A DNA stretch of 64,000 nucleotides, taken from a virus (Duplodnaviria; Heunggongvirae; Uroviricota; Caudoviricetes). The position numbers and the translations under genes were made by a program. The stretch lies in IMG/VR virus record IMGVR_UViG_3300027807_000001, positions 19,285 to 83,284 of that record, one strand, 5' to 3'. Of this stretch, positions 8,670 through 16,995 are shown one piece after another (within the stretch, counting starts at the first letter, position 1; every line of letters begins with the position of its first letter). The notes below the pieces were generated by a model, which made no database searches, was not told where the DNA came from, and saw nothing but the letters and a program-made list of their open reading frames with translations.

Positions 8670-8885
8670 ATGAAGGCAAGCATCTTCGACGCGGCGGAAG
8701 TAGAACTTATCTATGGCATCCTCAATAAGATTGCCATGGCGGTTCCTCTGGATCAGACGGACAAGTCCGTGGCGAAAGCTCTGGTTGCCCGGTCGTTCGA
8801 CTGGACGCTGGCGAAAGCTCTGGCTGCCCGGATCGAAGCGCGAGACAGTAAGCTTTATCCTCACAAAAGCTTTAATGGTCTTTAA
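8670..8885 (+). CDS. hypothetical protein with internal AKALVAR/AKALAAR repeat
   Basis: ATG 2 nt after previous stop; track ORF 8448-8885 begins inside the previous gene; 3' end runs through promoter copy 3. Confidence 0.4.
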   Translation: MKASIFDAAEVELIYGILNKIAMAVPLDQTDKSVAKALVARSFDWTLAKALAARIEARDSKLYPHKSFNGL

Positions 8886-8894
8886 GTAAAATAG
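8859..8894 (+). promoter_or_regulatory. promoter-like element (copy 3) CCTCACAAAAG-N-TAAGTAAAATAG
   Basis: conserved motif; 60 nt upstream of ORF 8956. Confidence 0.45.
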
Positions 8895-8955
8895 ATCATC
8901 GACGTAGCCGTTCAACGATATAAGTCCTTAGGGTGACCTAAGGCAGGAGAAAGAA

Positions 8956-9312
8956 ATGTCCAACGAAGTCAAGCCGTTGCAGGTCAAGGAAGGGATGGTC
9001 GTGATTCTGCGGGCTCTGGAGAACGGGCCGCTCGGGTTCTCCAAGCTGCGGACCGCGTACTTCGGAGAGGGTCGCGCGAAGCTGCCCGCCACCACGGCCT
9101 TCTACATGAAGACCAAGGAAGCGCTGGAGAAGAAGCTGATCCAGAAGATCGACAAGACCTACAGCCTGACCGAGCTGGGCCAGGTGACCATCGCCGCTGT
9201 TCCGGACGAGGTCAAGGCCTCGGCGAAGTCCGAGGCGCAGAAGGCCTTCGAAGCCAGCCCGAAGGGCATCGCGTGGGCCGCGGCGCAGGCCGAGACCGAG
9301 GTCGCGGCTTAA
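8956..9312 (+). CDS. winged-helix-like family protein, paralog C (LRTAYFGEGRAKLPATTAFY)
   Basis: family motif; GC-rich codon usage; SD AGGAGAAAG. Confidence 0.6.
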   Translation: MSNEVKPLQVKEGMVVILRALENGPLGFSKLRTAYFGEGRAKLPATTAFYMKTKEALEKKLIQKIDKTYSLTELGQVTIAAVPDEVKASAKSEAQKAFEASPKGIAWAAAQAETEVAA

Positions 9313-9335
9313 GAACCGGACCCTGCCTTAGAGAC

Positions 9336-9368
9336 GGCCGCGGCAGATCTATATGGTCTGCCGCGGCC
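9336..9368 (+). terminator. GC-rich hairpin GGCCGCGGCAGA/TCTGCCGCGGCC (possible terminator)
   Basis: 12-bp perfect stem 24 nt after the stop of 8956-9312; weak U-tract. Confidence 0.4.
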
Positions 9369-9746
9369 TCTGTACAGAGATATCCGAGAGCCAGCCGTAT
9401 ATACCTAGACACAGTCTAGCCGTCTGGCTGATAGGCTTGGGTATCTCTATACAGGGGCTTGCAGTTAGTGGACGTGTAGCTAATGGAGTCCTGAGCAATC
9501 TCTATAGACAGTGGTATAGAGTTGAGACTGATACAAGTCCACTGGATGCATCTACTCGGTGCTACAAAATAGAGTACGCTAGTAGGAACCGGTGGCTCAG
9601 AGCTATGACCTCTTTATTCCGGAGGCCCATAGACACAGCTCCCTAATTAAAGGGACAAAAGGCCATCCTAGTACAGGGAATAGAAGGACGCTAGCAGTCA
9701 CAGAGTTGGACGCCATAACGACTAGCAGCGCGTAGAGACTAGTCGA

Positions 9747-9816
9747 GTTAGTCACGGATGAGCTAGGCCCAGGTGAATCGATACCTGCGAAGGCGGGAGC
9801 GATCCGTGCACATTTT
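9747..9816 (+). promoter_or_regulatory. bipartite leader element GTTAGTCACGG-N46-CCGTGCACATTTT (copy a)
   Basis: conserved flanks shared with 6 other loci; CACGG/CCGTG can close a hairpin; 44 nt upstream of ATG 9860. Confidence 0.45.
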
Positions 9817-9859
9817 GTACCGCCGTTGAAGACCAATAACCATACAAGCGAGGTGTCAT

Positions 9860-10162
9860 ATGGCTTCGAAGGTCTATCGTCCCGACTCACTCGGTCAGGT
9901 GATGGAGATGAATCACTCCGCCCTGTGCTTCAAGTCGCATAAGGAATTCCGTCCCGTCAAGGAAGCTTACAACGTGGCCAAGGATCTCTTCGTCAGCGAG
10001 GAGCAGCTGTTCCAGCAGGCCGTCGAACGCTGGCACAAGGCCAAGGAAAATTTTCGGAACGCCCGGCAGCATTTCCGGATCTGCCTGGAGGCGCGGCAGA
10101 CGCTTCAAAAAGATTGCCCGAGGTGCGAGCTGAATCGCTCCCTCACGGAAAAGAAGGACTAG
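9860..10162 (+). CDS. hypothetical protein (100 aa)
   Basis: ATG after leader element; SD-like GAGGTG. Confidence 0.5.
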   Translation: MASKVYRPDSLGQVMEMNHSALCFKSHKEFRPVKEAYNVAKDLFVSEEQLFQQAVERWHKAKENFRNARQHFRICLEARQTLQKDCPRCELNRSLTEKKD

Positions 10163-10179
10163 CCTTCGTAGGAGGTCCA

Positions 10180-10368
10180 ATGGATGAGACAGTCGTAGAC
10201 TGGCTCGGTAGACCGCTGGGCATCGTAAAGAAGGAAGGGGATCGTACAACCGTCACCTCATGGACGGGAGATCCCCTCGGATCGGCAGATAATAAAGGTA
10301 CGCGTACGTGGCTGGGACAACCCGTAAGTCCCAACAACGTGCCAGACCTCTTGCTGCCGAAGAAGTAA
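10180..10368 (+). CDS. hypothetical protein with W-x-G-x-P-L-G repeats
   Basis: SD GTAGGAGGTCCA then ATG; track start 10114 lies inside the previous gene. Confidence 0.45.
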   Translation: MDETVVDWLGRPLGIVKKEGDRTTVTSWTGDPLGSADNKGTRTWLGQPVSPNNVPDLLLPKK

Positions 10369-10424
10369 GTGCCCTACACTAGGTAACTAGGTAGGTTTGT
10401 CCGTATACCGTAAGGAGAAATACC

Positions 10425-10805
10425 ATGGCTACGCATACGCATCCGTCCACCAAGGCCGCGGCCGTCCCCGTTCAGACCGCGATGTCCAACAAAGCCGGGA
10501 AGCTGACCCCGGGCCGCATCGTCCTGCTCCGAGAGCTGCACAAGGCGCCGGGCGGCATCCTGAGCTTCGGTCAGCTCCGGATGGCGTACTTCGGGAAAGA
10601 GAGGGGCGCGGGCAACAAAGCCACGACGGCGTTCTACATGGCTCTGCAGCGCGTGATCGAGTTCCTCTGGATCGACAAGAACCCCGAGGGCGGCTATCGG
10701 CTGTCCGAGGCGGGAAAGGACATCATCGAAGCGGAGCTCAAGAAGGACCCGCGCGCCGTGGACCGCGCTCAGTCGCAGGCGGCGTTGAAGTACCACGTCG
10801 CCTAG
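10425..10805 (+). CDS. winged-helix-like family protein, paralog D (LRMAYFGKERGAGNKATTAFY)
   Basis: family motif; SD AAGGAGAAATACC; very GC-rich. Confidence 0.6.
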   Translation: MATHTHPSTKAAAVPVQTAMSNKAGKLTPGRIVLLRELHKAPGGILSFGQLRMAYFGKERGAGNKATTAFYMALQRVIEFLWIDKNPEGGYRLSEAGKDIIEAELKKDPRAVDRAQSQAALKYHVA

Positions 10806-10910
10806 TAGCGTAAGCCGTACGATCACCTGAGCCCAGCCGGGAGGGCGGCAGCACTATCCCGGCACAATTTTGTTATACGTGGGATGTCGACTTAACTTCG
10901 AGGTATTAAA

Positions 10911-11213
10911 ATGCTCCGAGAAGACATCAGTGCCACCATTCCCACCCTGCCTACCAGCGTCGTCTCTCCTGTCCATACCGAAGGATGCCGGACATCCCAC
11001 CAGACCTTCAAGGAGAGACAGGCGCGGTACGAAGCCGCCAAGCGTCGCAACAAGGCTGCCCATGAGGCCTTCAAGGCCGCCGTCGCTTCTTGGGAAGCCG
11101 AGAAAGAGAAGTTCCGAGAAGATGCCGACATCTTCTTCACGACCTTGGACATCCGCAAGGCCATCCAGAGCAAGTGCGCCGGCTGCTGCGGCGGTCGCAA
11201 GACCAAGAGGTAA
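10911..11213 (+). CDS. hypothetical protein (CAGCCGG C-terminus)
   Basis: SD GAGGT; balanced composition, unlike the P/S/R-rich alternative frame 10870-11262. Confidence 0.45.
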   Translation: MLREDISATIPTLPTSVVSPVHTEGCRTSHQTFKERQARYEAAKRRNKAAHEAFKAAVASWEAEKEKFREDADIFFTTLDIRKAIQSKCAGCCGGRKTKR

Positions 11214-11216
11214 CCC

Positions 11217-11456
11217 ATGGATCTCGAAAATCCTAAGTGCCCTTTCTGGTCTAAGCGCATGACCAATAAAGATCTCAAGGCTCGCCGGTGCGCCTCCCAG
11301 CAGCTTGTGCCTGTGCCAACCCCTAAAGGCAAGACCCTCTTGATCTGCCGGCAGCACAGGGCAGAGTTTCTTCAGACCGGAAAAGTCCGCACCAAGGTCG
11401 AAGCCAACCAACCTTACTCGACCCGCATCTACCGACCCACGGAGTGGCACAAGTGA
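11217..11456 (+). CDS. Cys-containing hypothetical protein (CPFW...CRQH)
   Basis: ATG 4 nt after previous stop. Confidence 0.5.
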   Translation: MDLENPKCPFWSKRMTNKDLKARRCASQQLVPVPTPKGKTLLICRQHRAEFLQTGKVRTKVEANQPYSTRIYRPTEWHK

Positions 11457-11508
11457 GCGACAAAGAAATCGCCAAGCGCTGGATGGATCATCTCTACGGA
11501 GTGACCAA

Positions 11509-11694
11509 GTGAGATTCTGGAATGACTTCCTCAGCCTCTTGATGGGCATCTATCTGTTCACATTCGGATGGATGTTCGTTTGGGGACTGATGTCCCACGT
11601 CGACCCCGTTCTTAACAGGTCGAATCGTTATCGATTCGAATTGATCTGCCCTGGCTATCAGCTCGGCAGATGGCTTACGGAGGCCGTCAAGTGA
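11509..11694 (+). CDS. small membrane protein
   Basis: hydrophobic LMGIYLFTFGWMFVWGLM. Confidence 0.45.
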   Translation: MRFWNDFLSLLMGIYLFTFGWMFVWGLMSHVDPVLNRSNRYRFELICPGYQLGRWLTEAVK

Positions 11695-11927
11695 ACGAAC
11701 CTATCATACTTCCAAGCGGATGGATCATCACCGCGGACCCTAAGGCCGAGGGATGCAAGCGCGCCATCGTCTTCCTTAAGAAGCGAATCATCTTTATGTC
11801 GCCGGCCATGTTCAGTTTGCTGGAAACCGACAGGAAGGCTGTCTTGGCCTCTCTTAAGTTCCTGAATGCCGATGCCCTTCTGGATGCCGAAATGGCCGGG
11901 TCGCGCACAAGCGGAGTGGCCACATGA
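11691..11927 (+). CDS. hypothetical protein (GTG start overlapping previous stop)
   Basis: GTGA overlap; track ATG start 11670 lies inside the previous gene. Confidence 0.35.
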   Translation: MNEPIILPSGWIITADPKAEGCKRAIVFLKKRIIFMSPAMFSLLETDRKAVLASLKFLNADALLDAEMAGSRTSGVAT

Positions 11928-12175
11928 TCTTGCTCCTGATCCTCCTGGCACTGTACGCTGCTCTCTTCCTCGGATGGGATGTATCCCGCTATGACAGGGA
12001 GAGAGGGGTCTGGGCGGCGTCGCTCTGGTTAGTCGGAACCGTTCTCTTAGCCGTCCTGGTCTTCCTCCGGCTCTTCCCCTGGTGGGTCGCTTTGATCTTC
12101 CAGTTCTGGTTGGACCAGGTCGTCAGCAACTTCAAACGGATCGACGGTAAAGAAGAAGTAGATTCTAATTTCTAG
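11924..12175 (+). CDS. membrane protein (two transmembrane segments)
   Basis: ATGA overlap; strongly hydrophobic. Confidence 0.5.
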   Translation: MILLLILLALYAALFLGWDVSRYDRERGVWAASLWLVGTVLLAVLVFLRLFPWWVALIFQFWLDQVVSNFKRIDGKEEVDSNF

Positions 12176-12208
12176 AAGGCAACGTAAAGGAAGGAGATAT
12201 CATCTTCT

Positions 12209-12349
12209 ATGATAGAGATAACCTTTGTGATGCAGCCGCATCCGAAACGGCCCGGCTGGTGGCAGCCTGTCGCCGTGGCGACGGTCTCCGAGATCATGAA
12301 GGACGGGAGCCGCCAGCCTATCAAGGGGACAATCGTCGTCGCACCCTGA
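12209..12349 (+). CDS. hypothetical small protein (46 aa)
   Basis: SD AAGGAAGGAGAT then ATG. Confidence 0.3.
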   Translation: MIEITFVMQPHPKRPGWWQPVAVATVSEIMKDGSRQPIKGTIVVAP

Positions 12350-12407
12350 ACCTAAAATTTGGTTTTAGAATTGCAGCAGGCCGAACCGGGGCCACCGTGA
12401 AAGGATC

Positions 12408-12707
12408 GTGAAAGGATGTAGAAGCGGGGTTAACGACAAATCTATGATCAGAAAAGGTTCTTTTATTGTTCCTCATCCTAATCGTTATCTACCTTTAGTT
12501 TACCATGGCAAGGTAGGTAAGGTTGAATTAGCGGGTAAGAAAGGGGAAACGCTTGTCGCTAACTTACTCTCCGTTAAATTTGAAGGATCAGGGATGACGG
12601 AACCTTATCGGTTATTCCGGAAGGATGAAGTAAGACCAGCGACTAGAGAAGAAGTACGCGCACATAAGTTTGTTATAAATGTCGCGACAATGACAATAAG
12701 GAAGTAG
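12408..12707 (+). CDS. ATEEE-tail family protein (C-terminus ATREEVRAHKFVINV)
   Basis: one of 4 paralogs (12408, 16996, 27648, 27957) sharing C-terminal ATEEE-x-R-x-[FY]-[KL]-[FL]-I motif. Confidence 0.5.
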   Translation: MKGCRSGVNDKSMIRKGSFIVPHPNRYLPLVYHGKVGKVELAGKKGETLVANLLSVKFEGSGMTEPYRLFRKDEVRPATREEVRAHKFVINVATMTIRK

Positions 12708-12708
12708 T

Positions 12709-12912
12709 ATGAAGAGAAAGGCGATCTGGACAGCATACGGCGTAGGTGTTATTACCTTCTATATCGTATGCTCGTGTTGTGTATTAATCAGGATGAAGCA
12801 GGCCCAGTTGCGGATTCGCTTAGAGAAGCAAGCTCTTTGCGTTCAACGGGGAGGAACTGACGCTTACGTTGATAGCGACGGCTACTGCGTAAAGAAGGTC
12901 ATACCTAAATAA
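12709..12912 (+). CDS. small membrane protein
   Basis: hydrophobic core AYGVGVITFYIVCSCCVLI. Confidence 0.45.
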   Translation: MKRKAIWTAYGVGVITFYIVCSCCVLIRMKQAQLRIRLEKQALCVQRGGTDAYVDSDGYCVKKVIPK

Positions 12913-12941
12913 TCGGAGATCCTGTGAAACGAATAGGCGTT

Positions 12942-13055
12942 ATGTTCTTGGATTGTATCCAGTGCGCCTTATGTGTTCATATCGTTTATGACAATGGTAA
13001 GGCGAAGTGTATGCTTTGTTCTACCATTAGGCCTCTCCCAGAGCTTCCTAAATGA
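12942..13055 (+). CDS. small Cys-rich peptide (MFLDCIQCALC...CMLC)
   Basis: 37 aa with two CxxC pairs. Confidence 0.3.
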   Translation: MFLDCIQCALCVHIVYDNGKAKCMLCSTIRPLPELPK

Positions 13056-13225
13056 GATACATACTTCTGTCGCTACTTCTCTGCGGGTGTGGAGAGGTAA
13101 GACCTTTGCCGACATTACATTATACCTGCTATAAGAACGACAAAGAGGTCTTTAGCGGAGATAGAGACGTCCTTACGTTGTCGGCAGAGGATCGATTTGA
13201 TAGGTGCGTCGTGCGAGAAAGATGA
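13052..13225 (+). CDS. putative lipoprotein (MRYILLSLLLCGCGEV...)
   Basis: ATGA overlap; lipobox-like LLLCGC. Confidence 0.4.
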   Translation: MRYILLSLLLCGCGEVRPLPTLHYTCYKNDKEVFSGDRDVLTLSAEDRFDRCVVRER

Positions 13226-13458
13226 AAGTTAGAGCTTCTGGTTGGGTAATCCTTAAAGAGGGTAAGAAAGATCTAGCGTGTCTTATCAATAGGCATGCTC
13301 TGTGTAATGAAGAATGTAACAAGTATAGATCTTGTCGTAGGAGAAAGAGAGCCCATTGTTTGCGGTGTGATACTATTTTCGGATGGGCTAGATTAGATAC
13401 CTTCCGTTCGTCGAAATGGAAGAAAGCTGCCATAGGTAATTCATTAGAGAGTTCATGA
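13222..13458 (+). CDS. Cys-rich subfamily B protein (LACLINRH...CLRC)
   Basis: ATGA overlap; paralog of 13455-13682 (RRKRAHCLRC versus RRDRAHCPRC). Confidence 0.5.
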   Translation: MKVRASGWVILKEGKKDLACLINRHALCNEECNKYRSCRRRKRAHCLRCDTIFGWARLDTFRSSKWKKAAIGNSLESS

Positions 13459-13682
13459 TGCGCCAAGTTTGGTATCTTATCAAACCAGGTAGTACCAATC
13501 TAATTTGTTTAATCAAAGGGCATCTACTCTGTAGAATATATTGTCGCGTAACTAAGGCGTGTGGTAGAAGAGATAGAGCGCATTGCCCACGCTGCGGAGC
13601 TCTTACCGGATATCTAAAACAAGAGCGGGTGACTAATAAATTTCCTGAGGTACTGATAGACGGCGACGGATACGAATCTTAG
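13455..13682 (+). CDS. Cys-rich subfamily B protein (LICLIKGH...CPRC)
   Basis: tandem paralog of the previous gene. Confidence 0.5.
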   Translation: MMRQVWYLIKPGSTNLICLIKGHLLCRIYCRVTKACGRRDRAHCPRCGALTGYLKQERVTNKFPEVLIDGDGYES

Positions 13683-13692
13683 AGGTACCTAA

Positions 13693-13728
13693 CCTCACAA
13701 AAGGTTCTATGGGCGAAAGGTAAAATAT
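13693..13728 (+). promoter_or_regulatory. promoter-like element (copy 10) CCTCACAAAAG-N17-TAAAATAT
   Basis: conserved motif; immediately upstream of ATG 13732. Confidence 0.45.
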
Positions 13729-13731
13729 AAG

Positions 13732-13841
13732 ATGAGGATGACAATGACAACCATCTGCATCGCTTCATTGTTAGGACTCGAGGCAGTGAAGATTTACCTT
13801 TGCGCCAAGGCGTGGCGACTGCTAATGGAGAAAAAGAAATG
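13732..13841 (+). CDS. hypothetical small membrane peptide (36 aa)
   Basis: first ATG after promoter copy 10. Confidence 0.3.
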
Positions 13842-13961
13842 AACCTCTTCAAGGCAGTAGAAACCTGGTTGTCGACATACCTATACACCACCAATGCGAC
13901 CCTTCTTTTGATCATCGTTCTTTCGATGATCGTCGGGGCGTTCATAGGGAGACTATTGTGA
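13839..13961 (+). CDS. small membrane protein (40 aa)
   Basis: ATGA overlap; hydrophobic. Confidence 0.3.
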   Translation: MNLFKAVETWLSTYLYTTNATLLLIIVLSMIVGAFIGRLL

Positions 13962-14125
13962 GCAAGAAGATCAAGATCACGCGCCCTTTGAAGAGGCGGA
14001 AGACGAGGTTTCTCACAGGGAAGATTGTCGTTCGACCGTCTACTTGGCAAAGCTTCGGCATGCGATGGCTTACCAATCAGGCCGCCACTAAGAGCGATTA
14101 TCAGACTGTCGGAGGCACTGAATGA
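13958..14125 (+). CDS. basic hypothetical protein (GTG start)
   Basis: GTGA overlap; K/R-rich. Confidence 0.3.
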   Translation: MSKKIKITRPLKRRKTRFLTGKIVVRPSTWQSFGMRWLTNQAATKSDYQTVGGTE

Positions 14126-14415
14126 GCACAGACAAAGTCGTCTGCAAGTGCGGTTCATCTTACGAGAGTAAGATCGAGATCAAGGTTGTCGAGGGAGTCA
14201 AGATCCCTGTCACCGATAAGAAGTGCCCTGGATGTCAGAAGAATGATAACTGGCTTATCGCTGAGAGCATGGAGCAAGTGAAGCTCGCTTGCGAAGAGGA
14301 GATGGCTTGGGCGAGGCTGGAAGCGGAGCGGCAGTCATCAGAACTTCACTATCCGAAAGACTGCTTGGACAGCAATTGTCATCAGTGTGATCCCCGATAC
14401 AAGCAGCCCGTTTGA
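14122..14415 (+). CDS. zinc-ribbon hypothetical protein (CKCG...CPGC...CHQC)
   Basis: ATGA overlap; this run of + ORFs argues against the antisense ORF 13679-14158. Confidence 0.5.
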   Translation: MSTDKVVCKCGSSYESKIEIKVVEGVKIPVTDKKCPGCQKNDNWLIAESMEQVKLACEEEMAWARLEAERQSSELHYPKDCLDSNCHQCDPRYKQPV

Positions 14416-14795
14416 GCAGCTGGATTGGGTTGATGACCGCCAGCTACTTCTCCCCCTATTTACCCATATCGACAATGACCGATATCATAGTGTTTGTGAT
14501 AGTATGGAACTTGATTGGGGTAGCAACCCTGTTCACGATTACTTCACCGAAGGCAAATTGCCGCTGCGGTAAAGTCGTCGAGGAGATCATTCCTCTAAAG
14601 CCTCTACTCAGGTTCATGACACGGATTGCTGCCAAATGGTCGCAAGAGAAGTATGGCACAGCCATGCTGATGCTAGCAGCTATCTTCCAAGCTGTGCCTG
14701 TGCTCGGCGCATGCGAACTCGTCCGCCGCTTTCATTTGAGTCGCCATGGCTCCCGCTGCTTGGTTTACCAGATGGTGCTGCTGGAGAGAAAGTAA
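14412..14795 (+). CDS. membrane protein (127 aa)
   Basis: ATGA overlap; several hydrophobic segments. Confidence 0.5.
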   Translation: MSSWIGLMTASYFSPYLPISTMTDIIVFVIVWNLIGVATLFTITSPKANCRCGKVVEEIIPLKPLLRFMTRIAAKWSQEKYGTAMLMLAAIFQAVPVLGACELVRRFHLSRHGSRCLVYQMVLLERK

Positions 14796-14814
14796 ATTGT
14801 CGGCGTCAGTCCTT

Positions 14815-14854
14815 CCCCAAGGCCAAGGTGTCAGTCGCCTTGGGGCTTTTTGTT
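14815..14854 (+). terminator. rho-independent terminator CCCCAAGGC...GCCTTGGGG-CTTTTTGTT
   Basis: 9-bp GC stem plus T-tract 20 nt after stop; followed by about 270 nt non-coding. Confidence 0.6.
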
Positions 14855-15122
14855 AGGGCCGACAAGAGCATTTCTTATAGTATAAAGGTCAGACCCTAAA
14901 ATTATATTCCGACAATGCTGATGCATTTAGCTCATTCTCGGGAAACATTTTAGGTTAAAGTGGATAGAATTTTGAGGTACACCCTCAAATTGATTTAGAC
15001 TTATAGTAGTAGAATCATAAGAAAGTCGCTGAGAATCCAAAGGAGAGCTTCTCCGCAGCTGTCGGCGGACTACTTGATCATGGTGACCTGCGCGGCTAAC
15101 GCACTCTACAAAAATTAGGGAG

Positions 15123-15371
15123 GTGAATGTTATGCGGAAGATCAGCAAGAACCTCGATAGAGGCATCCGCTACGAGAAGCCGCGCTGGCTGCAGAAGGAG
15201 ACTGAATATGGTTATGGTCCCTTCCACTACAGCCGCGTCGAAGACTTCCTCAAGAGCACCGATGATCCGGTCTTCGTCAAGTTGTACGCCGAGTTCCGGG
15301 ATCTGCAGCTGAAGGTGGAGCTCTCCGACAATGAGGAGGCGCGACGTCTCATCGAGGCGTTCTTGAAGTAG
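15123..15371 (+). CDS. hypothetical protein
   Basis: SD AGGGAGGTGAATG; preceded by 19-mer ATAAGAAAGTCGCTGAGAA at 15017-15035. Confidence 0.5.
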   Translation: MNVMRKISKNLDRGIRYEKPRWLQKETEYGYGPFHYSRVEDFLKSTDDPVFVKLYAEFRDLQLKVELSDNEEARRLIEAFLK

Positions 15372-15373
15372 TC

Positions 15374-15808
15374 ATGATGAAGAAACAAATCGTCATCGAC
15401 AAGATTATAGTCCCCGAAGGACTTCATGTGCACCCCAGTTATTTTAACTGGCACAACAAACATTCCTCTGTCGAAGTTTTTGTCGAAGGTAAGGGATCGT
15501 TCAACGTCGACAAAGGATGTTCTGATTTATGCTTTGCACTCTGGCAGAGCAATATTTATACGACCGAATCTTGCGAAGATGGATATGTGCGCCTCGACAG
15601 AAAACAAGGTCTGTTAAAAGAATTGAATTCATACCAACAGAAGATGTGTTTGTCATCACTCGCCAAAGAGCATCTCACGATGTTCCATATAGCCAAGGTG
15701 TCTGAGAAAGATCATCTCCTATATGACGATCTCTTTATCATTTGGGGAGTTTGGGTGGAGAGATTAAAACACCTGGGCTTAAGGAATCGCGTACGCTGGG
15801 TTATATAA
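15374..15808 (+). CDS. hypothetical protein (144 aa)
   Basis: ATG 3 nt after previous stop. Confidence 0.5.
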   Translation: MMKKQIVIDKIIVPEGLHVHPSYFNWHNKHSSVEVFVEGKGSFNVDKGCSDLCFALWQSNIYTTESCEDGYVRLDRKQGLLKELNSYQQKMCLSSLAKEHLTMFHIAKVSEKDHLLYDDLFIIWGVWVERLKHLGLRNRVRWVI

Positions 15809-15841
15809 GAAAGTCGCTCAGAAGAATGGAGTACATGTACG

Positions 15842-16213
15842 ATGGGTATTGAACACGAAGTCACGCCGACACTCATGGAGTTGAAGGACCGCATCGTCTC
15901 CTTGGAAACCAAACTCGCCGCCTACGAGCATGGGACGGACGACGCGGATTTGAGGGAGGCGCTAGAGGAAATCAAGTACGCAGGATCGCCCCCAGGCTGG
16001 ATGCACGAAATTATCTCCGGCACCCTGCGCTCCGAGCGGGCGAAGGTGGCGGAGTTGAAGGGGATGACATCTTACGGGACTATGAGCGACCTGGGCGTGG
16101 CAAGAGCGGCCATTCGTCAGGAGTATGCTCGCGCCGAGTCCGCCGAGAGCCGGGTCAAGGAGTTGGAGGCGAAGGTCGCGGGGTTAGAAGCGCAAATCAG
16201 GAGGTCAATCTAG
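15842..16213 (+). CDS. coiled-coil hypothetical protein
   Basis: heptad-like ELEAKVAGLEAQIRR; GC-rich block. Confidence 0.5.
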   Translation: MGIEHEVTPTLMELKDRIVSLETKLAAYEHGTDDADLREALEEIKYAGSPPGWMHEIISGTLRSERAKVAELKGMTSYGTMSDLGVARAAIRQEYARAESAESRVKELEAKVAGLEAQIRRSI

Positions 16214-16830
16214 TGGCCACGAAAATAGATCAGAAGTGGGCGCAGTCGATTCTTGCCAACGTCAACGCCCTGATTTCCGAAGTGGAACGTCTCGAAGGTC
16301 AGGTCGAGTCGCTTGAGGCCCGCGTCAAGTCGCAGGGCGAGGCGCTGGCGGGGGCTGAGAAGGCGCTGGAAAACGCTGTGCCTAAAGTTCATGAATATTT
16401 GCCCAGCGTCGCTAATGACTTGACTACTGCCCTCGCCAAGCTGCGCGAGTCCGCGAAGGACGCCCGCATCGCCGATCTTCTGGAAGCAAACCAGGACTAC
16501 GAAAAATACCAGGAAGAGGCGGAAATTAAAATCGCCGACCTGTCCGCGCGGCTGGAGGAGGCGCGCCGGAGTGCAGAAGACCTCGCAAAGACGGAATGCA
16601 CATGCGGTGCTGACGACGGAGATAATCTCGGTTCCGGCGGTCAGGAGACGCGGTGCTTTATCCACGAAATACTTGCCCGCCTCGGCTCGCCGTCCCCGGT
16701 GGCGGCGCTCAAGGACAAGGTGGTGGAGTTAATTCAGGACGCGATAGACAATGGCGAGTACGACGTGTCGCAACCGGTGCTCGATGCAATGAAAGCCCTC
16801 GCCGCCGCCAAGGCCCAGGAGAAGCCGTGA
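16213..16830 (+). CDS. coiled-coil hypothetical protein (205 aa)
   Basis: GTGA/ATG overlap; long alpha-helical E/A/L-rich sequence. Confidence 0.55.
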   Translation: MATKIDQKWAQSILANVNALISEVERLEGQVESLEARVKSQGEALAGAEKALENAVPKVHEYLPSVANDLTTALAKLRESAKDARIADLLEANQDYEKYQEEAEIKIADLSARLEEARRSAEDLAKTECTCGADDGDNLGSGGQETRCFIHEILARLGSPSPVAALKDKVVELIQDAIDNGEYDVSQPVLDAMKALAAAKAQEKP

Positions 16831-16949
16831 AACATTTTATCGGCGGTTCTGCGCTCGGATTTACTCTGTCCGTATTCATGCCGAAAGAATGGCCAAATTG
16901 GCTTGGGGCGCTTCTTGGAGGGTTAATAGCCTGGGGACTACTGCCATAA
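16827..16949 (+). CDS. small membrane protein (GTG start)
   Basis: GTGA overlap; hydrophobic VKHFIGGSALGFTLSVF...; track start 16653 is a GTG inside the previous gene. Confidence 0.35.
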   Translation: MKHFIGGSALGFTLSVFMPKEWPNWLGALLGGLIAWGLLP

Positions 16950-16995
16950 CCCCTCCAATCTAGTATAAGATCTTTCTCGCTACCAACAACTTACC

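Noticed and set aside
9353-9646. + ORF of 97 aa
   Set aside because: Sits in a repeat- and hairpin-rich non-coding region, with no SD and poor composition.
8261-11549. many overlapping ORFs on both strands in the GC-rich block (8261-8683-, 8323-8541+, 8574-8915-, 9212-9412-, 9603-9890-, 9887-10249-, 10374-10826-, 10397-10813+, 10854-11549-, 10870-11262+, 10892-11332-)
   Set aside because: High GC leaves many frames open. Products are R/P/S/G-rich and overlap better plus-strand genes that have SD sites and family signatures.
13679-14158. minus ORF of 159 aa
   Set aside because: Antisense to a chain of SD-led, ATGA-coupled plus-strand small genes that follow promoter copy 10.
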